A stretch of DNA of 64,000 nt from positions 1 through 64,000 of IMG/VR virus record IMGVR_UViG_3300037423_000611; one strand, written 5' to 3'. This DNA comes from a virus (lineage: Duplodnaviria > Caudoviricetes). The translations under genes were made by a program, and so were the position numbers. Below the pieces are notes generated by a model. It had not been told where the DNA came from. It did not search any database and worked only from the letters and a program-made list of their open reading frames with translations. Below, piece after piece: positions 1-8,423 of the stretch. How positions within the stretch are numbered: position 1 is the first letter of the stretch; each line of letters begins with the position of its first letter.

Positions 1-958
1 TAAATGGCACTGTAGAAGTAATTGTTGCAGAAGTGAAAGCATCAAAATATCTTTCGGTTACTTCACCACCTTCGACTGTAAGTGTGATTCCATTTACGGT
101 GTATGTTAATGCGCTACTTCCATCATTACTTACAACTAGGCCGTAAACATTACCTGAAAAGTTGCGAGTCATATTAGAAGAACCTGAAAACACGTCTTTT
201 ACAGAGTAGTCTGGAGTAGATGAGCCGGATTTTAATGTATATACGTTAGCATCAAATGTACTTGTAGCATTGATGGTTATTGTCGTGAATGGGTCAAATA
301 CATCTTCAAATTCTTCGGTTGATTTTACAGTTATGGCGATACTATTAATTGTAAATGTTAAATCTGAGTTTCCTGTGTTATGGATATAAAATTTATTCAT
401 GTTACTTGAAAAGTTGCGTGTTCCTGAAGTAGTCCAGCCATCTTTAATAATAAATTTTGCTTCGGATGCGCCTGAAGTACTCCCACTTGAAATAGGAGAA
501 CCATTAAATAATAAATTTGCTCCATTATCTGATAGTTTATCTAGGGTTGATTTATTAGTATGAGTGTGCGAAGAAGACTGTAAAGAAGTGATATTATTGT
601 TTATAGGTGTTAATTTAGACTCAATTTTAGATGCAGAATAAGTTGTACCAGTGCTTGAAGCATTCGAGTCGTTTATTTCATTATTTATTAAATCTTGAAT
701 TTTGATTGCGGATAGAGTTGAAGATGACGTGTTAGTATTAGTGTCATCAATTGCTATACTAGCCGAACCTGCTGCTGCAAACAAAGCCCAATATGTTGCG
801 TTAGTTGGGTCTATTCCTATACATCCTTGTATACAGATATAAGATGCACCTGAGTATGTTACAACTTCGTTTACACGGTAAGATTTTGTATTGTCATAGG
901 CTCCTTTGTAGCCCGACATGCCTCTACCTCCGCCACCTGATGGGAAAAATCCAGACAT
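1..958 (-). CDS. Virion/fibre-associated protein, partial (runs off the left edge); N-terminal CBM5/12-like motif and two ~70-aa beta-rich repeats
   Basis: Not in the ORF track; translated by hand from ATG 958 after SD AGGAGG: MSGFFPSGGGGRGMSGYKGAYDNTKSYRVNEVVTYSGASYICI...; open to position 1. Confidence 0.75.
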   Translation of the reverse strand, partial: MSGFFPSGGGGRGMSGYKGAYDNTKSYRVNEVVTYSGASYICIQGCIGIDPTNATYWALFAAAGSASIAIDDTNTNTSSSTLSAIKIQDLINNEINDSNASSTGTTYSASKIESKLTPINNNITSLQSSSHTHTNKSTLDKLSDNGANLLFNGSPISSGSTSGASEAKFIIKDGWTTSGTRNFSSNMNKFYIHNTGNSDLTFTINSIAITVKSTEEFEDVFDPFTTITINATSTFDANVYTLKSGSSTPDYSVKDVFSGSSNMTRNFSGNVYGLVVSNDGSSALTYTVNGITLTVEGGEVTERYFDAFTSATITSTVPF

Positions 959-988
959 AATATACCTCCTTTCACCTAGTTTTAATTG

Positions 989-1267
989 TTAATAGGCTCC
1001 AAACCAATTGAATGTAATTGTTGAATCAACAATAATAAAAGAACTAATAGGCTTGTCATTTTGATCCATTTGCCAACCTTGACCTGCTCGTAGGAAAATT
1101 TGATCTCCCCCGTTAATTTTCACATGACAATCCTGATCATTCATGAATGAGAACTTGTAACAGAAGTAACCAAATGTCCATCCTGCTGGCGGTGATGGAA
1201 TTACTTCTTGGTTTGCTGTTGAAGTTTGTAGACTGCTTGAACCGATATAGCCATTACCTTGTACCAT
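989..1267 (-). CDS. Small hypothetical virion-associated protein
   Basis: 92-aa ORF with SD AGGAGG, co-directional with tail genes. Confidence 0.7.
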   Translation of the reverse strand: MVQGNGYIGSSSLQTSTANQEVIPSPPAGWTFGYFCYKFSFMNDQDCHVKINGGDQIFLRAGQGWQMDQNDKPISSFIIVDSTITFNWFGAY

Positions 1268-1292
1268 AGTTAAACCTCCTTATAAATTTAGT

Positions 1293-1393
1293 AAATAAAA
1301 AAGGAGGCTAATTTCAACCTCCCTTATTCTCGTTCATGCTCACTTATTCTCTTGTTTTCACACTTCAAAATCCAATAAAACTTGCATTTCATC
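1293..1393 (-). repeat. Intergenic ~100-bp repeat, copy 1, ending in a rho-independent terminator
   Basis: Aligns by eye with 7544-7644 (GTTTTATTGGA, GAAAACAAGA, GAGAAT, GAGGT hairpin plus T-tract). Confidence 0.7.
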
Positions 1394-1414
1394 TTAAGTG
1401 TGATTTCATTAAAT

Positions 1415-1879
1415 TTATTCTTTTAAATTTTTTAGATACTCATATAAAGTATTGGGCGTATGCCTTCCGACTTCGCTACTAGGTATCTTTCCAACCATAG
1501 CAAGCAAAGTCTCTGTCATTTCACTGCATACATATCTAGATTTATCATCTACCCAAGGTAAATCTATTCCGAATGTTCGATAGAAAAATAACCAAACTAA
1601 TTTCTTGACATCATAATAGTCGCCTTTAAGTTGATCCATATAAACCAACATATTATTGCGTTGTATATCTGTTAAATTTAAATCTATGACCACATAGTCG
1701 TCATAATGGAATGGATTTAGTCTAGCGGAATAATTGTAGTTAATTTCAAATATCATATTTGGTTCCACAAAGACTCCAACGTGACTGAAGTGGCCGTGAT
1801 CTAAGAATTGTATGAGATGGGAGATAAGAGTTTTTCTACGACAAAATACAATGTCCCCTGTTCTCATATTTATCACCAA
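1415..1879 (-). CDS. Permuted papain-like amidase (YaeF/YiiX, C92-like)
   Basis: GDIVF...SHVG (His first) ... YD ... YVCSE (Cys later) is the permuted NlpC/P60 order. Confidence 0.75.
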   Translation of the reverse strand: MVINMRTGDIVFCRRKTLISHLIQFLDHGHFSHVGVFVEPNMIFEINYNYSARLNPFHYDDYVVIDLNLTDIQRNNMLVYMDQLKGDYYDVKKLVWLFFYRTFGIDLPWVDDKSRYVCSEMTETLLAMVGKIPSSEVGRHTPNTLYEYLKNLKE

Positions 1880-2430
1880 ACAATACTATCTATCGTATCA
1901 ATTCCGCTGCCATTAACTTCTGCTTCCTTCTGCTTAAACTTCATGTACAAATCTACTTCATGACTTTGAAACTCTTTCGTGAGTGTCAGGAAATCCGCAC
2001 GTTGTATATAAAACTTACCGTGAGAATCACTGCCGATAATAGATTCAGTTTGATTCGCATCCAACGCGAATGTAAGACCAATCGATCGGTAATTATCCCT
2101 GTCTTTCGCTGTGTACGAGAATACGATATTCGCATTATCCGCACCGACTAGAGAGGAAATCACTTGACCGTTTAACTCCGCTTGATATGCGTTGTATAAC
2201 TCCGCTAACTTAGTAGATTGTAAATCCGCTAATACTGGCGCTTTACCTTCCACCCATACGCCATTAATCGAATCCCATTTAGGAAGGTGAAACCCTTCCG
2301 GTACTTCCAAGGTCACTAAATCGCTAGGAAGTGGATTCTCGTCTGAATATCGGTTTAGTTCGTCAATGTCCATGAGCACAGGTTCAACGTATAGCCCGTT
2401 TTCGTCTACTCTACTAATTTGTACTAGCAT
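1873..2430 (-). CDS. Tail fibre assembly/chaperone-like protein
   Basis: PEGFHLPKWD...WVEG motif and position directly after the fibre gene. Confidence 0.55.
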   Translation of the reverse strand: MLVQISRVDENGLYVEPVLMDIDELNRYSDENPLPSDLVTLEVPEGFHLPKWDSINGVWVEGKAPVLADLQSTKLAELYNAYQAELNGQVISSLVGADNANIVFSYTAKDRDNYRSIGLTFALDANQTESIIGSDSHGKFYIQRADFLTLTKEFQSHEVDLYMKFKQKEAEVNGSGIDTIDSIVW

Positions 2431-2443
2431 TTATATTCACCCC

Positions 2444-3730
2444 CTATTGTTCTGCTCGGAACGGCGTAACGTCCAAAGAAAGAAAAACATTTGCCACATT
2501 CTCACGACAAACAACTTTTCCATCCGGATAAACGCCAATTGCACAACCTTTATAATTGCTATCGTTCGAAGATGTTGACAAATATATTTTTGTTTTAGGT
2601 CTGTACCCTGCTGGCAATGTAAATATAACTGTTTCTACAGCAACGGTTCCGTTCTTTATGAATCCGGTTAAATGAACATTTCCAAATTCATCTTTATGAT
2701 ATCCAGCACTATTCCAATCTGTCGCATAATTCACCCACCCATTCAACAACGTAGGCGCAATCCACGGCATCTGATTCTTTCTAGCCCTCGTATTCTCCAC
2801 GACACTTTGTCTCGTTGCCAAGTCTGCAATCGCCTGCGTATTCGCTTGTACGCTGGTTTGGATATTCTGATTGTATTCTACGTCCATTTGGACTACGTTG
2901 CTAGTGATAGAATACTTGTCTAGCATGGTGTAGTCTGCTGTGTAGACTGCGGTTGGGTCGAAGTTTTCCTTTTTTGTATAAGCATTTGACGAACCGTAAG
3001 AGAAAGAACTCGTTTCCACTGACCACGACTTATCTTCAATTCCATTTTTATAAACTTTTATTATCTTGTTCGCTCTGTTTTTCAATTTAGAACCAGCAGG
3101 ATAATATGATCCGCTAACATTGATACCATAAATCAAACCGTCTGAACTTATACACGGCGTTACCTGTTCCCTCACCACAATCCCTGTATCAACGCTTACC
3201 TGATTTCCACCCGTTGCAAGTGATAATTGCCCCTCAACGGTGATTTCTTCGGTTGTAGGTGTTGCTAGTTGATATGTTAGTGAATATGGTTTGAACGCTC
3301 CGCTAGTATCATAAGTCCAGCCGCTTGAAGTTGGTAACGTTGTTGTCGATGTTGTGTTAGTGGGGAATAATTTCACTTTCGGAATTTCAGCCCACGCTTT
3401 CGTTCCTGTTCCATTATAAACTGACGTTCCTATCTGTTCCCCTGCTGTAACCATCTTCCAACCGTTAAAATACGCTTGAATCTCTGCTGCTGTCGGTGTG
3501 TAGGATTCGCCCCAACCGCTGTCAGTGTCGGAAATGGTTATTGCTGTATACCCATTGGATGGGTCTAACCAAACAATATCGGCAGAATCAAAAGCAGATA
3601 TATAATTTTTTAGTATTTTTCCATCATATTTCGTAGCAACATAATAATTTCCTCTTAACATATTCGATGAAGAAATATGAACTTCTTTATAAGCCACATA
3701 ATCCATACCAAAAACCCAATTCTGAGCCAT
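2444..3730 (-). CDS. Tail fibre protein, C-terminal piece
   Basis: ATG 3730 after SD AAGGAGGT; C-terminal WIAPTLLNGW...GNVHLTG...IFTLPAGYRP fibre-tip motif. Confidence 0.75.
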   Translation of the reverse strand: MAQNWVFGMDYVAYKEVHISSSNMLRGNYYVATKYDGKILKNYISAFDSADIVWLDPSNGYTAITISDTDSGWGESYTPTAAEIQAYFNGWKMVTAGEQIGTSVYNGTGTKAWAEIPKVKLFPTNTTSTTTLPTSSGWTYDTSGAFKPYSLTYQLATPTTEEITVEGQLSLATGGNQVSVDTGIVVREQVTPCISSDGLIYGINVSGSYYPAGSKLKNRANKIIKVYKNGIEDKSWSVETSSFSYGSSNAYTKKENFDPTAVYTADYTMLDKYSITSNVVQMDVEYNQNIQTSVQANTQAIADLATRQSVVENTRARKNQMPWIAPTLLNGWVNYATDWNSAGYHKDEFGNVHLTGFIKNGTVAVETVIFTLPAGYRPKTKIYLSTSSNDSNYKGCAIGVYPDGKVVCRENVANVFLSLDVTPFRAEQ

Positions 3731-3731
3731 A

Positions 3732-4886
3732 TTAAGCAACCTCCTTCTCTATTTCTCTGTAAATCTCTTTATCCCAAAATAGGAGAGTAATTTCGGGATA
3801 AAGAACTTCCATTAAAGCAAGTTTGCGTAAGTCCTTTTCACGAACCCACCCTTTAACTTCAATAATGTAGTCTAGTTCTCCACTTTCTTTGAAAATAAAA
3901 AAATCTGGAACGTAATAAAACTCGCCCAGATTAAATGATTGGATTTCGTAATCCCATATTAAATTTTGTTCATCTAAATATTGTGCAACCGTAACTTCCC
4001 AACCTGATCTAAATTTATACTGCTTACCACTTTTACTTAGATACGTTGGGTAGTTATGGTGATAACCGCTTTGATGATTACCTTTTTCAATAGTTAAAGC
4101 CATTACTTCACTTTGACTTCTAAATTCCACATTATTTCTTTCTAAGTGATGTCTAATATTTGCATATGTACATCCTATTTCCTCTGCAATTTCGGTCAAA
4201 TGTTTCTTTTGATTAACGTACATATCTATGATTTTATTAATGTCAATATTATATTTTACAGACCCATTTTTAGGTTGAATGTTATGTCTTTGAAGGAACG
4301 CACTCATAACAGACCAATCAATTTTATATTTATCTGATAAAACAGCAACATTCGTCCCACTTTCCGCATCTTGGATGATTCGTTGCTGAATATCCTCAGT
4401 GATAATTTTTTCTAACTTTTGTTTCTTTTTCTCTAACTTTAACTCATCGACAACTCTTAGATATTTCCACTTCGTTAAATTGTATTTATCTAAAAGTTCA
4501 TCAATCTGATACTCGTCAGATAAATAATCTTCGGTGAATGATTCAATATCAATATCTGTGACCTTGAACACTTGGTCTTTAGTTTTAAAGGAATGACCAA
4601 TTCTTTTTAAATAATTTCTGATTACAACATCAGAAGTGTTGTAATCTCTTGCAATTTGCACAAAGGGAACATTGGCTTTGTATTTAATTTCAATATCTTC
4701 AAGTTGTTGCACGGTTAATAAGTCTTCTAATTTACTATTTGTTTTCTTAGGTAGATTTAACTCCTTTACAAGTTTGTCATATTTCCATTTAGAAATATTA
4801 TACTTGGTTTGCAAATCCTTTGAAGATAGATTCGGATAATCTACTAAAAATAGATCGACATTAATACCATAAATGGGGTGAATCAT
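3732..4886 (-). CDS. Free-standing PD-(D/E)XK endonuclease with repeated HTH-like N-terminal modules
   Basis: C-terminal FRSGWE...WDYE...YVPDFF...IIEVKGW; abuts or overlaps both neighbouring ORFs. Confidence 0.75.
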   Translation of the reverse strand: MIHPIYGINVDLFLVDYPNLSSKDLQTKYNISKWKYDKLVKELNLPKKTNSKLEDLLTVQQLEDIEIKYKANVPFVQIARDYNTSDVVIRNYLKRIGHSFKTKDQVFKVTDIDIESFTEDYLSDEYQIDELLDKYNLTKWKYLRVVDELKLEKKKQKLEKIITEDIQQRIIQDAESGTNVAVLSDKYKIDWSVMSAFLQRHNIQPKNGSVKYNIDINKIIDMYVNQKKHLTEIAEEIGCTYANIRHHLERNNVEFRSQSEVMALTIEKGNHQSGYHHNYPTYLSKSGKQYKFRSGWEVTVAQYLDEQNLIWDYEIQSFNLGEFYYVPDFFIFKESGELDYIIEVKGWVREKDLRKLALMEVLYPEITLLFWDKEIYREIEKEVA

Positions 4887-6742
4887 AAGACCACCCCTGT
4901 AGCAAATCTATGTTCAATAAAATATTTTCCGTCTTGAGTATAAAGAACGTCCCTGACTGAACCATCCATATTGGATGCAAGCGTTACAGGTGTAACTCCG
5001 TCTGATAATGAAACCCCCATTAGCACGTCAATGTTTTGTGGTTCGAATGCGGTTGCGCTTGAACCGATTTCTAGTTGTGGGTTGGTGAAGGTGAATGTTC
5101 CTGATGAATTTGTATTATTAGATAGTAGAACTCTAACCTCAATGGCATTTGTTGGTGCTGTTACTGTTGTTGATACATTTCCATTTCCGTTTAACCATCC
5201 TGTAGTACTTAATTGTGTCCCGTTAACATCATGGAATGTAATACCATAATAACCTACTATATTTGCAGAAAACGTGTATTGACTTCCAGCTATAACTTTA
5301 GTTCCATTGATTTGTGAAGTTTGTGCCGCTGCCGTAGCATTCAACGTCAAACTATACGGTCCTGTCATAACCGCATTCGCATGTAATGTCCACTGGCTGA
5401 AATCCGGTAACAGGTTTTTACCTGTCTTCGTAATAATCGGCTGTTGGATGTGTTCGATTGAATCGACATACGGGAATTTATCCGCTAGTTTGTCGCCTGT
5501 GTATTCTGCATCACTGTCAATCTTTGAATACGTGGTGGAGTCGATTTCGTATAGACGAACACCATCAACGTTAAATGTGGTTACTGACGTACCACCTAAC
5601 GCCCCGGCATACAAACGCAAGCTATTTTTTCCAGTAAATTTAACATATAGCACCTGCCAAGAATTAAGTAAGGCACCATTTGCTGTTTTTTCAACCGGGT
5701 TTGTTGCCGCCCCTCCATCTGTTGCTTTTAATGAAATACCTCCACTGGTATAACTTGAAATATTGATTTCCGCTATAGCTATATAATACTTTGTGGCATC
5801 CAATGGTATATTATCTTTCCAAGTGTATGCACCACCATTGTTATTGGCTGTTCCTTTGATGGATTTTGAACCATACTTATAAACCGTTGAATCTATTGTG
5901 GCATTTGTTGCTGTCCATTTTGAAATGTCCTCACAATTCCCATCCCGCCCCAACAAATTCACCAACGTACGCCCATACAATCCAACGATTCGAACTAAGC
6001 TTGATTGATCTGCGCTTATGATCTGTGTACCATGCTTTAAAGTACTAATGACTTTTGGTACTGCAATAATTTTGTTCTCCATACTATCTAAACGTGCTTT
6101 TAATGTTGCATTTGTAACACCCGTAACACTTGGTCTACTATCAACAATTTCTTGGTTAGATGAACCGGAATATGAAACGATATTGTCAATACGGTCATTA
6201 AGTTTATCTAATCCACCTTTAACTTCTGTTACCCCTGTTACTTTACCTGAATAGGTGATATTTTGGGCTGGATGTGCCTGTGTGGAATTAGCGTGATTTG
6301 TATCACTGTTAATTCTGCTTTGGGTTTCAGATGTTATTTGGGATTGTAGAGAATTTGCTTTATTCATTATTTCCGCAGTAAAATCTTCTACATTGGTTGA
6401 TGTATATAAATTAGATGAATCGTTAAGATATATTCTTGAACTCGGATATTGGATAATTCCTCTACCCATGTAATTGGCAACAACAGTTTTTGCTTCTTCA
6501 GAAGAATTGAATGTGATACTTCCCACTTGATAATTTACAATGAATTGATTTGATGTTGGTAATCCACTTGCAATCTCGTAATATCCTGAAATGGAAACTT
6601 TGTTGAAAGGGTCAGGAACTTCCTCAAGTATTATTGTTGAATTTACAATCTTTTTAGTATCACTTCTACTAATATACGGTTCATTTGCATCACCCTTACG
6701 CCATGCAATTAGAACTGTGTCATTATTGTTAAAAACTGACAT
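4883..6742 (-). CDS. Baseplate/tail fibre protein, N-terminal piece with carbohydrate-binding-like domains
   Basis: 619 aa, NLLGRDGNCED and GKNLLPDF motifs typical of Bacillota phage fibre proteins; position after tail spike. Confidence 0.7.
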   Translation of the reverse strand: MSVFNNNDTVLIAWRKGDANEPYISRSDTKKIVNSTIILEEVPDPFNKVSISGYYEIASGLPTSNQFIVNYQVGSITFNSSEEAKTVVANYMGRGIIQYPSSRIYLNDSSNLYTSTNVEDFTAEIMNKANSLQSQITSETQSRINSDTNHANSTQAHPAQNITYSGKVTGVTEVKGGLDKLNDRIDNIVSYSGSSNQEIVDSRPSVTGVTNATLKARLDSMENKIIAVPKVISTLKHGTQIISADQSSLVRIVGLYGRTLVNLLGRDGNCEDISKWTATNATIDSTVYKYGSKSIKGTANNNGGAYTWKDNIPLDATKYYIAIAEINISSYTSGGISLKATDGGAATNPVEKTANGALLNSWQVLYVKFTGKNSLRLYAGALGGTSVTTFNVDGVRLYEIDSTTYSKIDSDAEYTGDKLADKFPYVDSIEHIQQPIITKTGKNLLPDFSQWTLHANAVMTGPYSLTLNATAAAQTSQINGTKVIAGSQYTFSANIVGYYGITFHDVNGTQLSTTGWLNGNGNVSTTVTAPTNAIEVRVLLSNNTNSSGTFTFTNPQLEIGSSATAFEPQNIDVLMGVSLSDGVTPVTLASNMDGSVRDVLYTQDGKYFIEHRFATGVVL

Positions 6743-6757
6743 AGATCAAACCTCCTT

Positions 6758-7516
6758 TTAAAATGAAAAAGAGGCGTGATTTTCATCAGCCTCCATGTAT
6801 TCTAAAATATTTAATTTTAAAAGTTCTTCACTTAATATTTTTTCAATATTTTTTAATTCCCAGTATGAAACCCTTATCAAATAAATACTATTATTTTCGC
6901 AATATGTATTTTTGATTTCGTCATTCTTTTTTCTTCTTTCAAGTGCCTCTTCACTACCATGTCTTCTTGATGGTTTGTAATGTAGTTCTCCGTCATACTC
7001 GATTAAACATAATAAATTATCTTCGTCATCCATTATTGCGAAATCAAAAGGTAATGGGGATTTGTTTTTACAATCTTTAAATCTATATTGTTGAATATAT
7101 TTAATTGAATTATTTCCCAACCATTTTCTTATCTTTTGTTCTCCTTTAGACTCTTGACAATGTGAGCATCTTACTTCATGATCTTTAAAATGATTAAACC
7201 TGACTTTAAAAATATGACCATCTGGGCATTCCATAATCAATTTTGTTCTGTTATTTTTATAGGTGTCACTCAATAATTTGTAGCCAACACCTTCAATAAA
7301 CAACTTAACATCTTCATATTCTAATTTCTTAGTAGGAGAACATTTTCCACATCTCTTTCCTTGCTTAAAAGAAGTAAAACTTGCTACATAACAATGACCA
7401 ACCGGACAAATTGATTCTAATTTTTGTTTGTTACTTTTATATTTATTTGATGTTAATTTGTATCCTTCATTTTCAAAATAAGATTTCACATAATCGTAGG
7501 TGTGTTTTTTACTCAT
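6758..7516 (-). CDS. Zn-ribbon-repeat Vsr/EDxHD-like endonuclease (putative homing endonuclease)
   Basis: Repeated CPxGH...RCxxC units; SKGE, PLPFDF, IEYDGELH motifs. Confidence 0.8.
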   Translation of the reverse strand: MSKKHTYDYVKSYFENEGYKLTSNKYKSNKQKLESICPVGHCYVASFTSFKQGKRCGKCSPTKKLEYEDVKLFIEGVGYKLLSDTYKNNRTKLIMECPDGHIFKVRFNHFKDHEVRCSHCQESKGEQKIRKWLGNNSIKYIQQYRFKDCKNKSPLPFDFAIMDDEDNLLCLIEYDGELHYKPSRRHGSEEALERRKKNDEIKNTYCENNSIYLIRVSYWELKNIEKILSEELLKLNILEYMEADENHASFSF

Positions 7517-7543
7517 ACAACCTCCAACTACTATAATTGAACA

Positions 7544-7644
7544 AAATAAAAAAGAGAGGTTGAATTACCTCTCTCATTCTCACTCATACTCGTTTATCAT
7601 CTTGTTTTCTCACTCAACTCTTCCAATAAAACCCATCTTTTATC
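7544..7644 (-). repeat. Intergenic ~100-bp repeat, copy 2, ending in a terminator
   Basis: Aligns with 1293-1393; GAGAGAGGT-AATTCA-ACCTCTCT plus T-tract. Confidence 0.7.
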
Positions 7645-7649
7645 TATAT

Positions 7650-8414
7650 TTACACAGAACCCGTAACATTTTGCTTTATAGTGAAATAAGCCGCGCGATT
7701 ATTTTGCACTTGTGTGAATTGTTGCTGAAGATACTGATATCTCCAATCTGTTGTATCATCAATAGGCATTGTATTTTGATTTACAATTGTAACCAATGCA
7801 TCTAAATAAGCAGATTGTTGACTCGTTAGTTTTGTTCGATCTAGAGCAATCCCCAACATTTTAACAATAGGCACTAAGAGAAATTCACACGCACTTAAAG
7901 CTTTTGCTATATCTTGATTAGTAGGAGAATAATTTTTAAAAAGCACCAACTTTACAGTCGCTTGTTCATCCGTACTCAAACTATCAAAATTAGCAGCAGT
8001 TATTTCTCCTGAATCGATACGTGCTTTTATTTTTTGTTCCTTATCAATTTGATTTACATCTATATTAACACCTTGTTGAATTAAATTAATGTTACTTTTA
8101 ATATTAGGTATCACATGACTTTCTGGTTCTGTGTCATTAGTTATATGATCTAATGCTTCAGAACAACTAGTATATTGAACGTTGTTTACTTTTGCTTGAA
8201 TAGTAGGATCAATATTTTGCAACTGTATAGAATACTGGATTCCTAAATTATTTAATTTGAATTCGACTTCTGTTGCTTCTGTATTCGAATAACAAATGAT
8301 TCCTTCTGGCTCTATTTGATATATATAGAACTCTTTCTTTATGTTGTCATCGACAGAAATAGAAAATAGATGGGTAGCAAATTTAACTACACCATCTACT
8401 GTTTTTAAATACAT
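7650..8414 (-). CDS. Hypothetical tail-region protein
   Basis: 254-aa ORF with SD GAGGTG. Confidence 0.7.
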   Translation of the reverse strand: MYLKTVDGVVKFATHLFSISVDDNIKKEFYIYQIEPEGIICYSNTEATEVEFKLNNLGIQYSIQLQNIDPTIQAKVNNVQYTSCSEALDHITNDTEPESHVIPNIKSNINLIQQGVNIDVNQIDKEQKIKARIDSGEITAANFDSLSTDEQATVKLVLFKNYSPTNQDIAKALSACEFLLVPIVKMLGIALDRTKLTSQQSAYLDALVTIVNQNTMPIDDTTDWRYQYLQQQFTQVQNNRAAYFTIKQNVTGSV

Positions 8415-8423
8415 ATTATCACC

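Noticed and set aside
3732-4886. Group I intron or intein carrying the nuclease inside the fibre gene
   Set aside because: The nuclease ORF abuts or overlaps both flanking ORFs, leaving no space for a ribozyme core; stop codons and new SD/start sites argue against an intein
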